NCBI GenBank assembly: GCA_030583685.1 | Contig: CP129470.1 | Span: forward strand, 84,345 to 148,344 | DNA from: Candidatus Dojkabacteria bacterium | GTDB lineage: Bacteria; Patescibacteriota; Dojkabacteria; GCA-002793355 | Length of the DNA: 64,000 bases | Direction of reading: 5' to 3' | Part shown: piece after piece, positions 28,038 to 37,266 of the stretch | Numbering within the stretch: position 1 is the first letter of the stretch | Layout of the letters: each line of letters starts with the position of its first letter | The notes under the pieces: model-generated | Told to the model about the DNA's origin: nothing | What the model saw: the letters and a program-made list of their open reading frames with translations, nothing else | Database searches by the model: none | Translations under genes and position numbers: made by a program

Positions 28038-28619
28038 TTGTGCATCTCTCAATGTACTGTACAATATCATATGACCTACAAATTTCCCAAACTCCTGCTC
28101 AATCAATTGAAAGAGGTATCGCAAACTGAAGAAAAAGTACTCATTATCATCGATGGGCGAGGTGGAAGCGGCAAATCAACTATTGCTTTGCAATTATCGG
28201 AAATATTGAAAGACGCACTCGTGATTCCACTTGACGCCTTCACGGTAAACCAAATTGATCTCTTTCATCCAGACATTATCGCAAAAAACTTCGCCGTTGA
28301 TTTCTCTCAAACTCAGTATGACGAGGTACGTATTTCTCACGAAATTGCACGCACTGACAAAAAATATATCATTCTCGAAGGATGTTTTTCGTTCAAAAAT
28401 CTGACGACGATTCCGTATCACTACTCAATTTGGGTTGAAACTCCTCGAGAAGTTGCAGCAAATCGCTTAAATTCTCGGGAGCGAAACGACCCAGGAAGAA
28501 AACACTTACAAACTGAAATAATCGAACTTTCAACCAAAATGTGGCAAAAAAGTGAAGATGCATACATTACTGCCTTTAAACCACAGCTTACCGCAAATGT
28601 TGTTCTCCAAAATGACTAA
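28038..28619 (+). CDS. Uridine-kinase/phosphoribulokinase-family P-loop kinase
   Basis: 'VLIIIDGRGGSGKSTIALQL...VIPLDAF' (Walker A then the D of the UK family), and 'YIILEGCF'. Confidence 0.5.
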   Translation: MCISQCTVQYHMTYKFPKLLLNQLKEVSQTEEKVLIIIDGRGGSGKSTIALQLSEILKDALVIPLDAFTVNQIDLFHPDIIAKNFAVDFSQTQYDEVRISHEIARTDKKYIILEGCFSFKNLTTIPYHYSIWVETPREVAANRLNSRERNDPGRKHLQTEIIELSTKMWQKSEDAYITAFKPQLTANVVLQND

Positions 28620-29055
28620 CCGAGTACTCCTTTTTAACAAGTTTTTGTTCTCCAAATGGATTGCCTGTCGACTTGTTTCGGATCACATGAGTGTGCGTTA
28701 CGGACTACGTTTTAGTTACCCAATCTCTATACTCTTCGTTACCTTTGGGATTCTCACGCAAAGCCAATTTGTGCTCATATGTACCGCGATAATCGCTTTT
28801 CTCGGAATAAAACTTCCGTTGCATCCTTTTGATTATGTCTATAATTATGCAATAGCAACCGGTTTCGGAAAAGAGAAAATCCCAGGTCGTGGCTCAGAAT
28901 TACAAGTGAGCAGTACTATTTCCGTTTTATTTCACCTAATTGTCCTTGGATTACTCGTTGGGAATGTACCCATAAATTATCTGCTCTTGGCGAGTATCTA
29001 TTTGATGAGTAGTATCTTTTTTATTGTCGTGCTTTTGCGCAAAAAAAGTTTATAA
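28612..29055 (+). CDS. Small polytopic membrane protein
   Basis: Track ORF 28552..29055 trimmed to 'MTNRVLLF' (ATGA overlap with the upstream stop). Four predicted TM helices. Confidence 0.4.
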   Translation: MTNRVLLFNKFLFSKWIACRLVSDHMSVRYGLRFSYPISILFVTFGILTQSQFVLICTAIIAFLGIKLPLHPFDYVYNYAIATGFGKEKIPGRGSELQVSSTISVLFHLIVLGLLVGNVPINYLLLASIYLMSSIFFIVVLLRKKSL

Positions 29056-29075
29056 AAAATATACTATACTTCTTA

Positions 29076-29804
29076 ATGGAGCAAAAATTTTCACTTCCGA
29101 CCCCAGATTCTTATTACGTCCACGGAGTACAAAATTCTCAAAGCAACTACTCGGCAAAGTCAGTAATACTTTTTGTTCACGGACTTTCTGGTAATATCTA
29201 TGAATCTCACTATTTTAACGCAGTGCCTTTTTTTACCTCACGAGGATACGATACCATTCGATTCGGGTGGTATTCAGACGAAGAAAAGGGGAGAGGATTA
29301 CAGGATGTGACGCTACAAACGGTTGTTGATGATCTCACCCTGGTCATTGAGCATTATTCTCATCAATATGAACAAATCTTCCTTGTTGGTCATAGTTTTG
29401 GTTGCGCAGCACTCGCGAGAGCTCACCAAGAGAGAGTAGCAAAATTGGTCTATTGGGATCCTTCCGCAGGAATGACCTCACTTGAGGACAAAGCAGCGAC
29501 GTATGTCCCGTCTTTGGACAAATATTTACTGGACTGGGGACTAACGCTTTTGGTGAGTCCTCAACTCGTTCAAGATTGGCAAGAAATTTCAAATATTCCT
29601 GAGGAACTTAACAAAATTACTCTACCAACAAAATTCATCTTTGCCGAAAACTGTGAGATTTATGACAAATGGAAACCACATCTCGGTATGTTCCAGGATA
29701 AAATTCCCTTTGAAGTAACCAGTATCCCGCACGCTTCACACATTTTCGTTGAAGAAGGTGTTCAGGAAGTATTATTCACAGAAACTTTGCGCTGGATTAA
29801 TTAA
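29076..29804 (+). CDS. Alpha/beta hydrolase
   Basis: 'ILFVHGLSGN' (oxyanion region) and nucleophile elbow 'LVGHSFGCAAL' (GxSxG). Confidence 0.6.
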   Translation: MEQKFSLPTPDSYYVHGVQNSQSNYSAKSVILFVHGLSGNIYESHYFNAVPFFTSRGYDTIRFGWYSDEEKGRGLQDVTLQTVVDDLTLVIEHYSHQYEQIFLVGHSFGCAALARAHQERVAKLVYWDPSAGMTSLEDKAATYVPSLDKYLLDWGLTLLVSPQLVQDWQEISNIPEELNKITLPTKFIFAENCEIYDKWKPHLGMFQDKIPFEVTSIPHASHIFVEEGVQEVLFTETLRWIN

Positions 29805-29819
29805 AGAGTAGAATACCCT

Positions 29820-30251
29820 ATGAATCTTCCAGATCTTGTTTCCGTTCTTATTGTGCACCCGTTACAAAGAAAAATTCTCTGCATAAAAAGGTCAAAGACA
29901 GACGAAACATTTCCAGATATGTGGGGGTTACCCGGAGGTGGACGCAACAAGAATGAATCTGTTGAAGATGCACTCAAAAGAGAGCTCTTTGAAGAAACAG
30001 GCGCAAAATTAGATCAAGTTGATCAAACTCCCTTTATTGAATCGACTCTCACGCTAAAACAGCACGTATTTACCATTAATGTGTATATTGGCAAAATTAC
30101 TTTTCAAGAAGTATTTGAGCCACATGACTCTGACATACAAACTGCACAGTGGATTGCTCCTGAACTTCTGTTTGAATCAGTCAAGCAGTCTCATTATCCT
30201 CCTGATCAGGTTTTCATTTTGGAACAAAAACTAAAGGAGCTCTTCACATGA
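29820..30251 (+). CDS. NUDIX hydrolase
   Basis: Nudix box 'GLPGGGRNKNESVEDALKRELFEETGA'. Confidence 0.7.
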   Translation: MNLPDLVSVLIVHPLQRKILCIKRSKTDETFPDMWGLPGGGRNKNESVEDALKRELFEETGAKLDQVDQTPFIESTLTLKQHVFTINVYIGKITFQEVFEPHDSDIQTAQWIAPELLFESVKQSHYPPDQVFILEQKLKELFT

Positions 30252-30434
30252 ATAAATTCTCTTTAGTTTCACAGTATTTCGCCTCTCAACCACCTCAGAT
30301 TCACCAATCTTTGCAAAAACTTCGGGAAGGATAATCTGGCACAGAAGGAGTCAGAGAATTAAATCGACATTTAGTCATCTAAACACTCAAAAAAATAAAG
30401 ACTGGGTTTTTCTCACTTCGTGCTACAATCATCA

Positions 30435-31610
30435 ATGGTTGCGCCTGCAGTTATTTCTCAAGAATCACCATCGCCCGTATCACTTGTTCATGATTTCTTC
30501 GTTGCATGGGGTGGCGCAGAGGTTGTTGTCGATGCATTTTCACAGGCATTCCCTGACGCACCTCTCTACGCATCAGTTGATTTTCCCGAAACTCGGCACG
30601 CGCCGCTCGATTCAAAACAAATACATACTTCTTTTTTACAGAAGTTTCCGTTTCTGAAAACCTATCTTCTTGAAATTTATAAATTTCTTCTGCCGCTGGC
30701 ATTCAGCTCCTTTACTTTTTCGAAACATACCAAAGTTGTTCTCAGCGACACCTCTTCGTTTGCGAAACACATCATTCCACCTCCAGGAGCAATTCATCTT
30801 TCATATATCCATACACCGCCACGCTTTTTGTGGAACATGCCTCCAAGTAAAAAGGTACGAAGTAATCTCTTTCTCCGCTTTATGTGGAACCTTCTCTTTG
30901 GTTCATCCTTTAAGGTGGCAGATTATCTCCATGCACAACGAGTTCATGGGCTGATTGCAAATTCGGAAGAAGTGGCACAACGAATTCGAAAATTCTATCG
31001 CCGTGAACCGATAGCAATTCTTAATCCTCCGGTTTATGTCAAAAAACTTAACGCCATGCTTCCTACTCAGAAAATTGAAATTTCTGATTATTTCCTCGCG
31101 TTTGGGAGAATTGAGTTATATAAAAATTTTGATAAATTAGTCAAAATTTGGCCACCGGGTTTCACACTTAAAATCGCAGGAACTGGCTCACAAGAAAATG
31201 AAATTAAGGCGTTGATAAAAAACAATCCAAATATTACGTTCCTTAACGAATACGTCAGCGATGCAGAAAAAGGCCTCCTGTTTGCTCAAAGTAGAGGTTT
31301 CTTGTATCCAAATATTGAAGATTTTGGTATTATGATGGTCGAAGCAATCGCTGTGGGAACTCCGGTGATTACGTTTGCACAAGGAGGAGGAAAAGAAATT
31401 GTGACTCACCACAAAAACGGCTATCTTATTCCCTCGCTTGCTCAAGAACATCTGATTCCGGCATTGAAATGGTGTAATACGCTTGAGCGAACAGCCAAGC
31501 AGAGAAAGGAATTTTACGAAGCTATGGTAAAATATGACATAGATTCATTTATTGGAAAAATACAACAGGTGGTCGAACACCAACGAGCAACTCATGAAAA
31601 AATTCTTTAA
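30435..31610 (+). CDS. GT4-family glycosyltransferase
   Basis: Track start is a GTG at 30420. The first ATG (30435) gives 'MVAPAVISQ...LVHDFFVAWGGAEVV', typical of GT4 N-termini. C-terminal 'EDFGIMMVEAIAVGTPVI...GGGKEIVTHHKNGYL' (E-x7-E region). Confidence 0.7.
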   Translation: MVAPAVISQESPSPVSLVHDFFVAWGGAEVVVDAFSQAFPDAPLYASVDFPETRHAPLDSKQIHTSFLQKFPFLKTYLLEIYKFLLPLAFSSFTFSKHTKVVLSDTSSFAKHIIPPPGAIHLSYIHTPPRFLWNMPPSKKVRSNLFLRFMWNLLFGSSFKVADYLHAQRVHGLIANSEEVAQRIRKFYRREPIAILNPPVYVKKLNAMLPTQKIEISDYFLAFGRIELYKNFDKLVKIWPPGFTLKIAGTGSQENEIKALIKNNPNITFLNEYVSDAEKGLLFAQSRGFLYPNIEDFGIMMVEAIAVGTPVITFAQGGGKEIVTHHKNGYLIPSLAQEHLIPALKWCNTLERTAKQRKEFYEAMVKYDIDSFIGKIQQVVEHQRATHEKIL

Positions 31611-33066
31611 AAAAATTACCTCCTTTTTGATTCTTCTTGCAGCAGATGTACTCGTTATCATTCTCAGTTTCACTATCGCCATTTCCGTACGAGATTTTCT
31701 CGATAATTTTATAGCGCTGCCACTCCTTTCAACAGCAGACTGGACGGTGTATGTATTTGCTTTCTGGTGGATGATCCCGCTGTATGTAATCATCTTTATG
31801 GTTGACGGTTTATATACCAAACATCGACCGTTTTGGCAGGAGACAAAAGTCATGATCCGAAGTATCGCCCTCGCTTCTTTGTTTGTGTATGCAACCGTGT
31901 CGCTTGGTAAGATTGACTTGTATTTCTCCCGTGTTCTCTTCGTTCTACACCCCCTCGTCCTGCTCGTTGTACTTCCCGTTACGCGCAGAATCCTGAAAGA
32001 TTTTCTGTTTCGTCTTGGTTACTGGATTCACCCAATTGTTGAACTTCGCATTGATACTACGTATTCATTGTTTGAATCCTTTTTGAGAAATAGATTTATC
32101 GGCTATCACATTGTCCAATCGATACAAGTATCCCTTGAATCTGAAACGCAAGATGAAATCATTCAAAAAGCCACACAGGCTCTACAACAACAAGAAACAA
32201 AAACACTTCTTATTACGGTACGCGAGTTTGGAACACAAAAAGTTTCTGAGCTCGTTGAGCGACTCTACTTTATTGCCGATCACGTCATTATTGTGCCTGA
32301 ATCAATGGAACTTGATGTCCTCAACGCAGATGTCTATCATCTCATGTACGACAACAAATTTGTCTTCGATATCCAGAAAGGATTGAATAATCCATTCAAC
32401 CTCTTGGTAAAACGGACGTTTGATCTAGTCACCGCATCGCTTGCATTGATGTTCCTCACCCCAATTTTGCTTTTGATTGCACTGAAAGTATATCTGACCG
32501 ATGGCTTCCCAATATTTGTTGACTTCCACCAACGATTTGGAAGAAAAGGAAAACTGTTTATCTTTTACAAATTCAGGACCATGAGAAAACAGAAATATCC
32601 TGATGAGAACTACGATATTGTGAGAGAATTTGTCAAAAACGACCCGGTAAAACTTGAGATGTGGGAAAAATACCAAAAGATAGAAAATGAACCAAACGAT
32701 CCACGAATCCTCAAAGGGATGAATTTTCTTAGAAGGACTTCCCTTGATGAACTGGCACAATTTCTCAATGTTCTCAAAGGTGATATGAGTATCGTTGGTC
32801 CTCGTCCCTTTATGCCTCGAGAGAAGGACCTCATGGGTGATTACTTCACGCGTGTTCTTGCAGCAAAACCAGGAATTACAGACCTGTGGACTATTAATGG
32901 AAGAGATTCTTTAACCTTCGAACAACGGCTCAAAATGAGTACCTGGTATATTCAGAACTGGTCTTTATGGCTGGATATGGTTATACTCGCAAAAACAGTT
33001 CAGCAAGTAATTTTTTACTTTTTAAAATGGTCCAAAAAATCAAAGAAGATTTCCACAAACACGTAA
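31594..33066 (+). CDS. Polyprenyl-phosphate sugar phosphotransferase (bacterial sugar transferase, WbaP/CpsE-like initiating enzyme)
   Basis: Start at 'MKKFFKKITSFLILLAADVLVI'. C-terminal catalytic domain 'KRTFDLVTASLALMFLTPILLLIALKV...GRKGKLFIFYKFRTMRK...DELAQFLNVLKGDMSIVGPRP' (Bac_transf family). Confidence 0.8.
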   Translation: MKKFFKKITSFLILLAADVLVIILSFTIAISVRDFLDNFIALPLLSTADWTVYVFAFWWMIPLYVIIFMVDGLYTKHRPFWQETKVMIRSIALASLFVYATVSLGKIDLYFSRVLFVLHPLVLLVVLPVTRRILKDFLFRLGYWIHPIVELRIDTTYSLFESFLRNRFIGYHIVQSIQVSLESETQDEIIQKATQALQQQETKTLLITVREFGTQKVSELVERLYFIADHVIIVPESMELDVLNADVYHLMYDNKFVFDIQKGLNNPFNLLVKRTFDLVTASLALMFLTPILLLIALKVYLTDGFPIFVDFHQRFGRKGKLFIFYKFRTMRKQKYPDENYDIVREFVKNDPVKLEMWEKYQKIENEPNDPRILKGMNFLRRTSLDELAQFLNVLKGDMSIVGPRPFMPREKDLMGDYFTRVLAAKPGITDLWTINGRDSLTFEQRLKMSTWYIQNWSLWLDMVILAKTVQQVIFYFLKWSKKSKKISTNT

Positions 33067-33413
33067 AAAGTCATTCCCATGCATGGAACGGTTTGTACCT
33101 GATTTTTGTTTCTCAGCTTAATTTTCGCATCGAACTCCTTGTTATGCTTCTTGTGTTTGCAGCAGGAGTCTATTTTCAACTATCACTCATCGAATGGTAC
33201 GGCATTATTTTTAGCGTCACGATTGTTCTGCTTACCGAGGCAATGAATTCTGCCATAGAAAAGGCCTGTGATGCAATTACTACCCGTCACCATGGTGCAA
33301 TTAAATACGCAAAAGATGTCGCTGCAGGAGCAGTGTTAGTTGCAAGCGCAGCAGCAATTGTAGTTGGAGTTTTTGTCTTTGGACCTCATATCGTACCACT
33401 GCTACCACGATGA
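33027..33413 (+). CDS. dgkA: Diacylglycerol/undecaprenol kinase (DgkA family)
   Basis: Start at 'MVQKIKEDFHKHVKSHSHAWNGL', which aligns to the E. coli DgkA N-terminus as I remember it. 'LTEAMNSAIEKACD...AKDVAAGAVLVASAAAIVVG'. Overlaps the upstream gene by 40 nt. Confidence 0.65.
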   Translation: MVQKIKEDFHKHVKSHSHAWNGLYLIFVSQLNFRIELLVMLLVFAAGVYFQLSLIEWYGIIFSVTIVLLTEAMNSAIEKACDAITTRHHGAIKYAKDVAAGAVLVASAAAIVVGVFVFGPHIVPLLPR

Positions 33414-34129
33414 TACACTTTGACGTTATTACGGTCTTTCCCGAGATTATTTCGCAATATGCGGCGCTTAGTATCATTGGCCGAGCGCAAAAACAAGGAG
33501 CAGTTACCATTACTGCCCACGATTTACGACAGTGGGCAACAGATAAGCACCGAACCGTTGATGACAGAGTATACGGAGGTGCAGCAGGAATGCTCATGAA
33601 AGTAGAACCAATATACCGAGCAATATCTGAATTGCAAGCGAAAGCAAAACAGCGTGCTCAGGTTATCGCAACAGATGCGTCAGGGATACTGTTTTCTCAA
33701 AAACTTGCGCACACCTTTGCCTCACGCACACAGGACTCGGCACACTATATCCTTTTATGTGGCCACTACGAGGGATTCGACGCGAGAGTGTACGAATTTG
33801 TTGATTACAAACTTGCTGTCGGTCCATACATAGTAACAGGTGGAGAACTTCCCGCACTCATTATTATCGACGCGGTAACGCGACTTCTTCCTGGAGTCCT
33901 TGGCAACAACGCTAGCGCAGTGGAAGAAACCGAGTTTACTTTTGAAAACGAAAAGCTCCTGGTGACCAACGAGCACCCACAATATACAACGCCAGCAAGT
34001 TTCACCTTTACCGATTCCTCTGGGACACTCCAAACAAGAGAAGTACCACCTATTCTTCGTTCCGGTCACCATAAAAAAATCGCTGATGTTAATAAATCAC
34101 AAAGAGTAAAAAAAACTCTCACGTTGTAG
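33410..34129 (+). CDS. trmD: tRNA (guanine37-N1)-methyltransferase
   Basis: 'MIHFDVITVFPEI...' N-terminus and 'YGGAAGMLMKVEPI', 'LLCGHYEGFDARV', 'VGPYIVTGGELPALIIIDAV' motifs of the SPOUT knot. Confidence 0.9.
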   Translation: MIHFDVITVFPEIISQYAALSIIGRAQKQGAVTITAHDLRQWATDKHRTVDDRVYGGAAGMLMKVEPIYRAISELQAKAKQRAQVIATDASGILFSQKLAHTFASRTQDSAHYILLCGHYEGFDARVYEFVDYKLAVGPYIVTGGELPALIIIDAVTRLLPGVLGNNASAVEETEFTFENEKLLVTNEHPQYTTPASFTFTDSSGTLQTREVPPILRSGHHKKIADVNKSQRVKKTLTL

Positions 34130-34176
34130 GCCTGCCCTTTCAGAGGGGAATCATAGAAGAGCGAATAGAGTAGTGC

Positions 34177-37100
34177 ATGTGGATTTTACTTGGCGTTATC
34201 CTGTTTCTTACATTTTTATACGCAGAAACGCCTGTTACCGCAGTATATTCCACCACACTCACGCTAACTGAAGATACCTACCTCGAAGAGAAATTTCCCG
34301 ATGTATCACCGTGGAATAATAGAAATTTATACCTCGGTACAGACTCCTGGTATGGCAAAGGAAAAACAAGAATTCTCTTGAAGCCAAACTTCTCACTATT
34401 AGCGATGCAACAAATTCTTCCAAACGATATTGAAAAAGTTGAGTTGCTGCTCACCAGTTACGCCTATCAAGGGACAAAAGCTGAAATTGTTATCGATAGT
34501 TACACCACAACCTCCCCATGGTCAATGTTTAGTGCGACCTGGAGTTCTCAACCCACAATAACGAGCAGTAAAAAGGACACCACGATCGTTTCAACGAACA
34601 ATTCTCGCAAAAGTATAACCGTGACAAACGCCTTTCTTGATGCCTACAGAAACTATCCCACTACTGAACGAGGAATTCAATTAAAAGTGAATGCTGAAAC
34701 AGAGAAGGCAATTATTTTTTGGGCACAAAATTGTGATGCGGCGCCAGAGCCTCCTCACTGCTCTGGCGCCGCGGACCATCCACTCTTCAAACTCACCATA
34801 AAACCTAATTCTCCCCCTTCTGTTTGTTCCTTCAAAACACCCGCTCCAAATGTTATCTCGAACAACTCAACGATTGCGTTTGAAGTCCAACCGAGCATCG
34901 ACCCAGACAATGATTCGCTCACCTATCATCTAAAAGTATGTCGAGATACCGCCTGCAACGAAGTCGTATTTGAACAGCAGGTTTCCACCAATTCTAAAAC
35001 TTATTATGACTTCCCAGATGATACGTATTATGTTTCCTGTCTCGCCTTTGATGGGCATGACAGCAATAACAGGTGGAGTAGTCCCCACTATATGACAGTT
35101 GATTCTATACCTCCTATTTCCCCAATTATCGTGCCAGAACCATCGTTTACAGGACAATTACGAAATGTGATTTCTTGGTCAAATTCGGACATTGATGCCA
35201 CATCTTTTCAAGTAGTAGCGAGTGAACGGCAAGATTTCAAATCCTACAATACTTATTCGCCTTGGATTCAAGATGTTTTTTACACTTTCGAGCATACAAA
35301 AGAAAAAACCTATTACTATAAAGTGAGAAGCCGAGACAAAGCGGGAAACGAATCGGAGTGGTCTCACCAGACCTCAACAACAATCGATGCGACCTTTCCT
35401 ACTATACGGTACTTTAGAACAAACAAAACCCTCCTCTCACCAAAAAAGGAGTCAAACGGATCACTTTCTGGGACAGCGTATCTTCAAGGAGGCATTGATG
35501 ATGCAAATATTGGCACCATTTCACTCTTCATCCGAGATCATACGATGAAAAAAGTCTACGAAACGACGGTAGACCAGAAGTCATATTTGTGGCTTCATTG
35601 GCCGGAAACAACATTGTATCCTGACGGAACGTATCTTGCTCAACTTACTGCTCATGACCTTCTTGGTAACGAAATACAAAGCGATATCATCTTTCTCGAG
35701 ATTGATACGACACCTCCTACAAAACCTCGCTATCTTGGCATTAGCAATACTCAAACGATAAAAAGCAATCGCATTTCATTTGAAGTGCGTTGCCAAAGCA
35801 ACGCACTCGCAACGGTGTACGTGAGTGGAAAAATTATCGCTCAACAGCAATCAAGACACCTCGTTTCACTTGAAAAAAAAGATGGATCATACACAACTAA
35901 GGCAACGTGTACCGATGTTGCAGGAAACAAAAGCGAAACATCACTCTCCTTTTCTATAGACACAACACCGCCAAGCACGCCAAGCATTACGTTTCTTCAT
36001 GATGAGAAAAAGAAACAGCTAACATTGCAGGTGTATTGCAGAGAAGACGGGGCTACTCAGTTTTACAAAAACGGTTTTGCTTTCCATGAAGTGTCCTGTC
36101 TCAAAGGAAAATATGCAACGACCCTAGAAAAAGAAGTTGCAGTTCCGTATACCGCTTCGTTTACCGCTCGTGTTCGTGACAAAGTAGGGAACTGGAGTGA
36201 TTTAGGAGAAAAAACGGTACTGCTGCGTGCGCCCAGTCTCCCTGCAGCCATAAAACCAACCATTGCCTGTAGTATCGTTTACCACAAAACGCAGCAAAAA
36301 TACTTACAAGAAGCATGTGCATTATCAGGAAGCTCTCTACTTTCGTATCAAAACACAATTCCCGTTGGAAAACACTATGTTTCAACAATAGAAGTGAATC
36401 ACCCAACGAAAGTGAGCGTCACTATTTCAATAGTGCATTGTCTTCCCAAGAGTTTTTGGGATCCACGAACTTGGTTTTCCTGTGTTGAAGAACCTTATGA
36501 GACAATTACTCAACGAGCGACAGCCACGCCTGTACTACACGCAGCAGAAGCAAACTCACTTTCATTAACCTCGGTTAGCCAGAAGGAAATTACTGCGACT
36601 CATGAAAAAACTGACTTGCTCCGCATTGCAACAAGATTTCTCGTCTCCTATTCCTTTGTCACGGGAAACACCTATTCCACACGATCAACACTCACGCAAA
36701 AACAAGTTGTAACACTTTCTCCACGATACACCCAACTGAGTTCGAAACAGTATTTCTCTTGGTTATTTTCTGGTCCTCGACAGGTAAGCCAATGGTACGG
36801 GAATACCGCATATCAAAAACCTCATGCGGGAATTGACTTTTCAGTTGCTCAAGAGAAAATACTCGCACCTGCGGAGGGAACAATTGTCAGTGCAACCTAC
36901 CATAAAGCATCATCGTGTTTTGCAGGAGGATACTATCTTGCAATAAAACATCCAAATGGCCTATACACCTATTATTTTCATCTCAAAAATATTCTGAAGC
37001 AAGATGGAAAAACAGCCTATAAACCTGGTAATACCATCAAGCGAGGGGCATTCCTAGCAACAAGCGGAAACTCAGGAATGTACAACTGCGAACCATTAGC

Positions 37101-37257
37101 AGCTCACCTGCATTTTGAGTTGCGCTCATCTCAAAAGACTACTTCCCACCTTAACCCAGTACCGTATTTCTCAGTTAACTGGAACACCATTGTTACTGCA
37201 AAAGCAAAGCAATATCCAGGACGCCTCACAGGGGAGAACCCTCATCCTCAATTTTAA
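34177..37257 (+). CDS. 1026-aa secreted multidomain protein with C-terminal M23 (lysostaphin-like) metallopeptidase domain
   Basis: Signal peptide 'MWILLGVILFLTFLYAETPVTA'. Long beta-rich N-terminal region (Ig/FN3-like segments; 'CDAAPEPPHCSGAADHP'). C-terminal M23 motifs 'HAGIDFSV' (HxxxD) and 'AAHLHFEL' (HxH). Confidence 0.7.
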   Translation: MWILLGVILFLTFLYAETPVTAVYSTTLTLTEDTYLEEKFPDVSPWNNRNLYLGTDSWYGKGKTRILLKPNFSLLAMQQILPNDIEKVELLLTSYAYQGTKAEIVIDSYTTTSPWSMFSATWSSQPTITSSKKDTTIVSTNNSRKSITVTNAFLDAYRNYPTTERGIQLKVNAETEKAIIFWAQNCDAAPEPPHCSGAADHPLFKLTIKPNSPPSVCSFKTPAPNVISNNSTIAFEVQPSIDPDNDSLTYHLKVCRDTACNEVVFEQQVSTNSKTYYDFPDDTYYVSCLAFDGHDSNNRWSSPHYMTVDSIPPISPIIVPEPSFTGQLRNVISWSNSDIDATSFQVVASERQDFKSYNTYSPWIQDVFYTFEHTKEKTYYYKVRSRDKAGNESEWSHQTSTTIDATFPTIRYFRTNKTLLSPKKESNGSLSGTAYLQGGIDDANIGTISLFIRDHTMKKVYETTVDQKSYLWLHWPETTLYPDGTYLAQLTAHDLLGNEIQSDIIFLEIDTTPPTKPRYLGISNTQTIKSNRISFEVRCQSNALATVYVSGKIIAQQQSRHLVSLEKKDGSYTTKATCTDVAGNKSETSLSFSIDTTPPSTPSITFLHDEKKKQLTLQVYCREDGATQFYKNGFAFHEVSCLKGKYATTLEKEVAVPYTASFTARVRDKVGNWSDLGEKTVLLRAPSLPAAIKPTIACSIVYHKTQQKYLQEACALSGSSLLSYQNTIPVGKHYVSTIEVNHPTKVSVTISIVHCLPKSFWDPRTWFSCVEEPYETITQRATATPVLHAAEANSLSLTSVSQKEITATHEKTDLLRIATRFLVSYSFVTGNTYSTRSTLTQKQVVTLSPRYTQLSSKQYFSWLFSGPRQVSQWYGNTAYQKPHAGIDFSVAQEKILAPAEGTIVSATYHKASSCFAGGYYLAIKHPNGLYTYYFHLKNILKQDGKTAYKPGNTIKRGAFLATSGNSGMYNCEPLAAHLHFELRSSQKTTSHLNPVPYFSVNWNTIVTAKAKQYPGRLTGENPHPQF

Positions 37258-37266
37258 ACTTATCTG

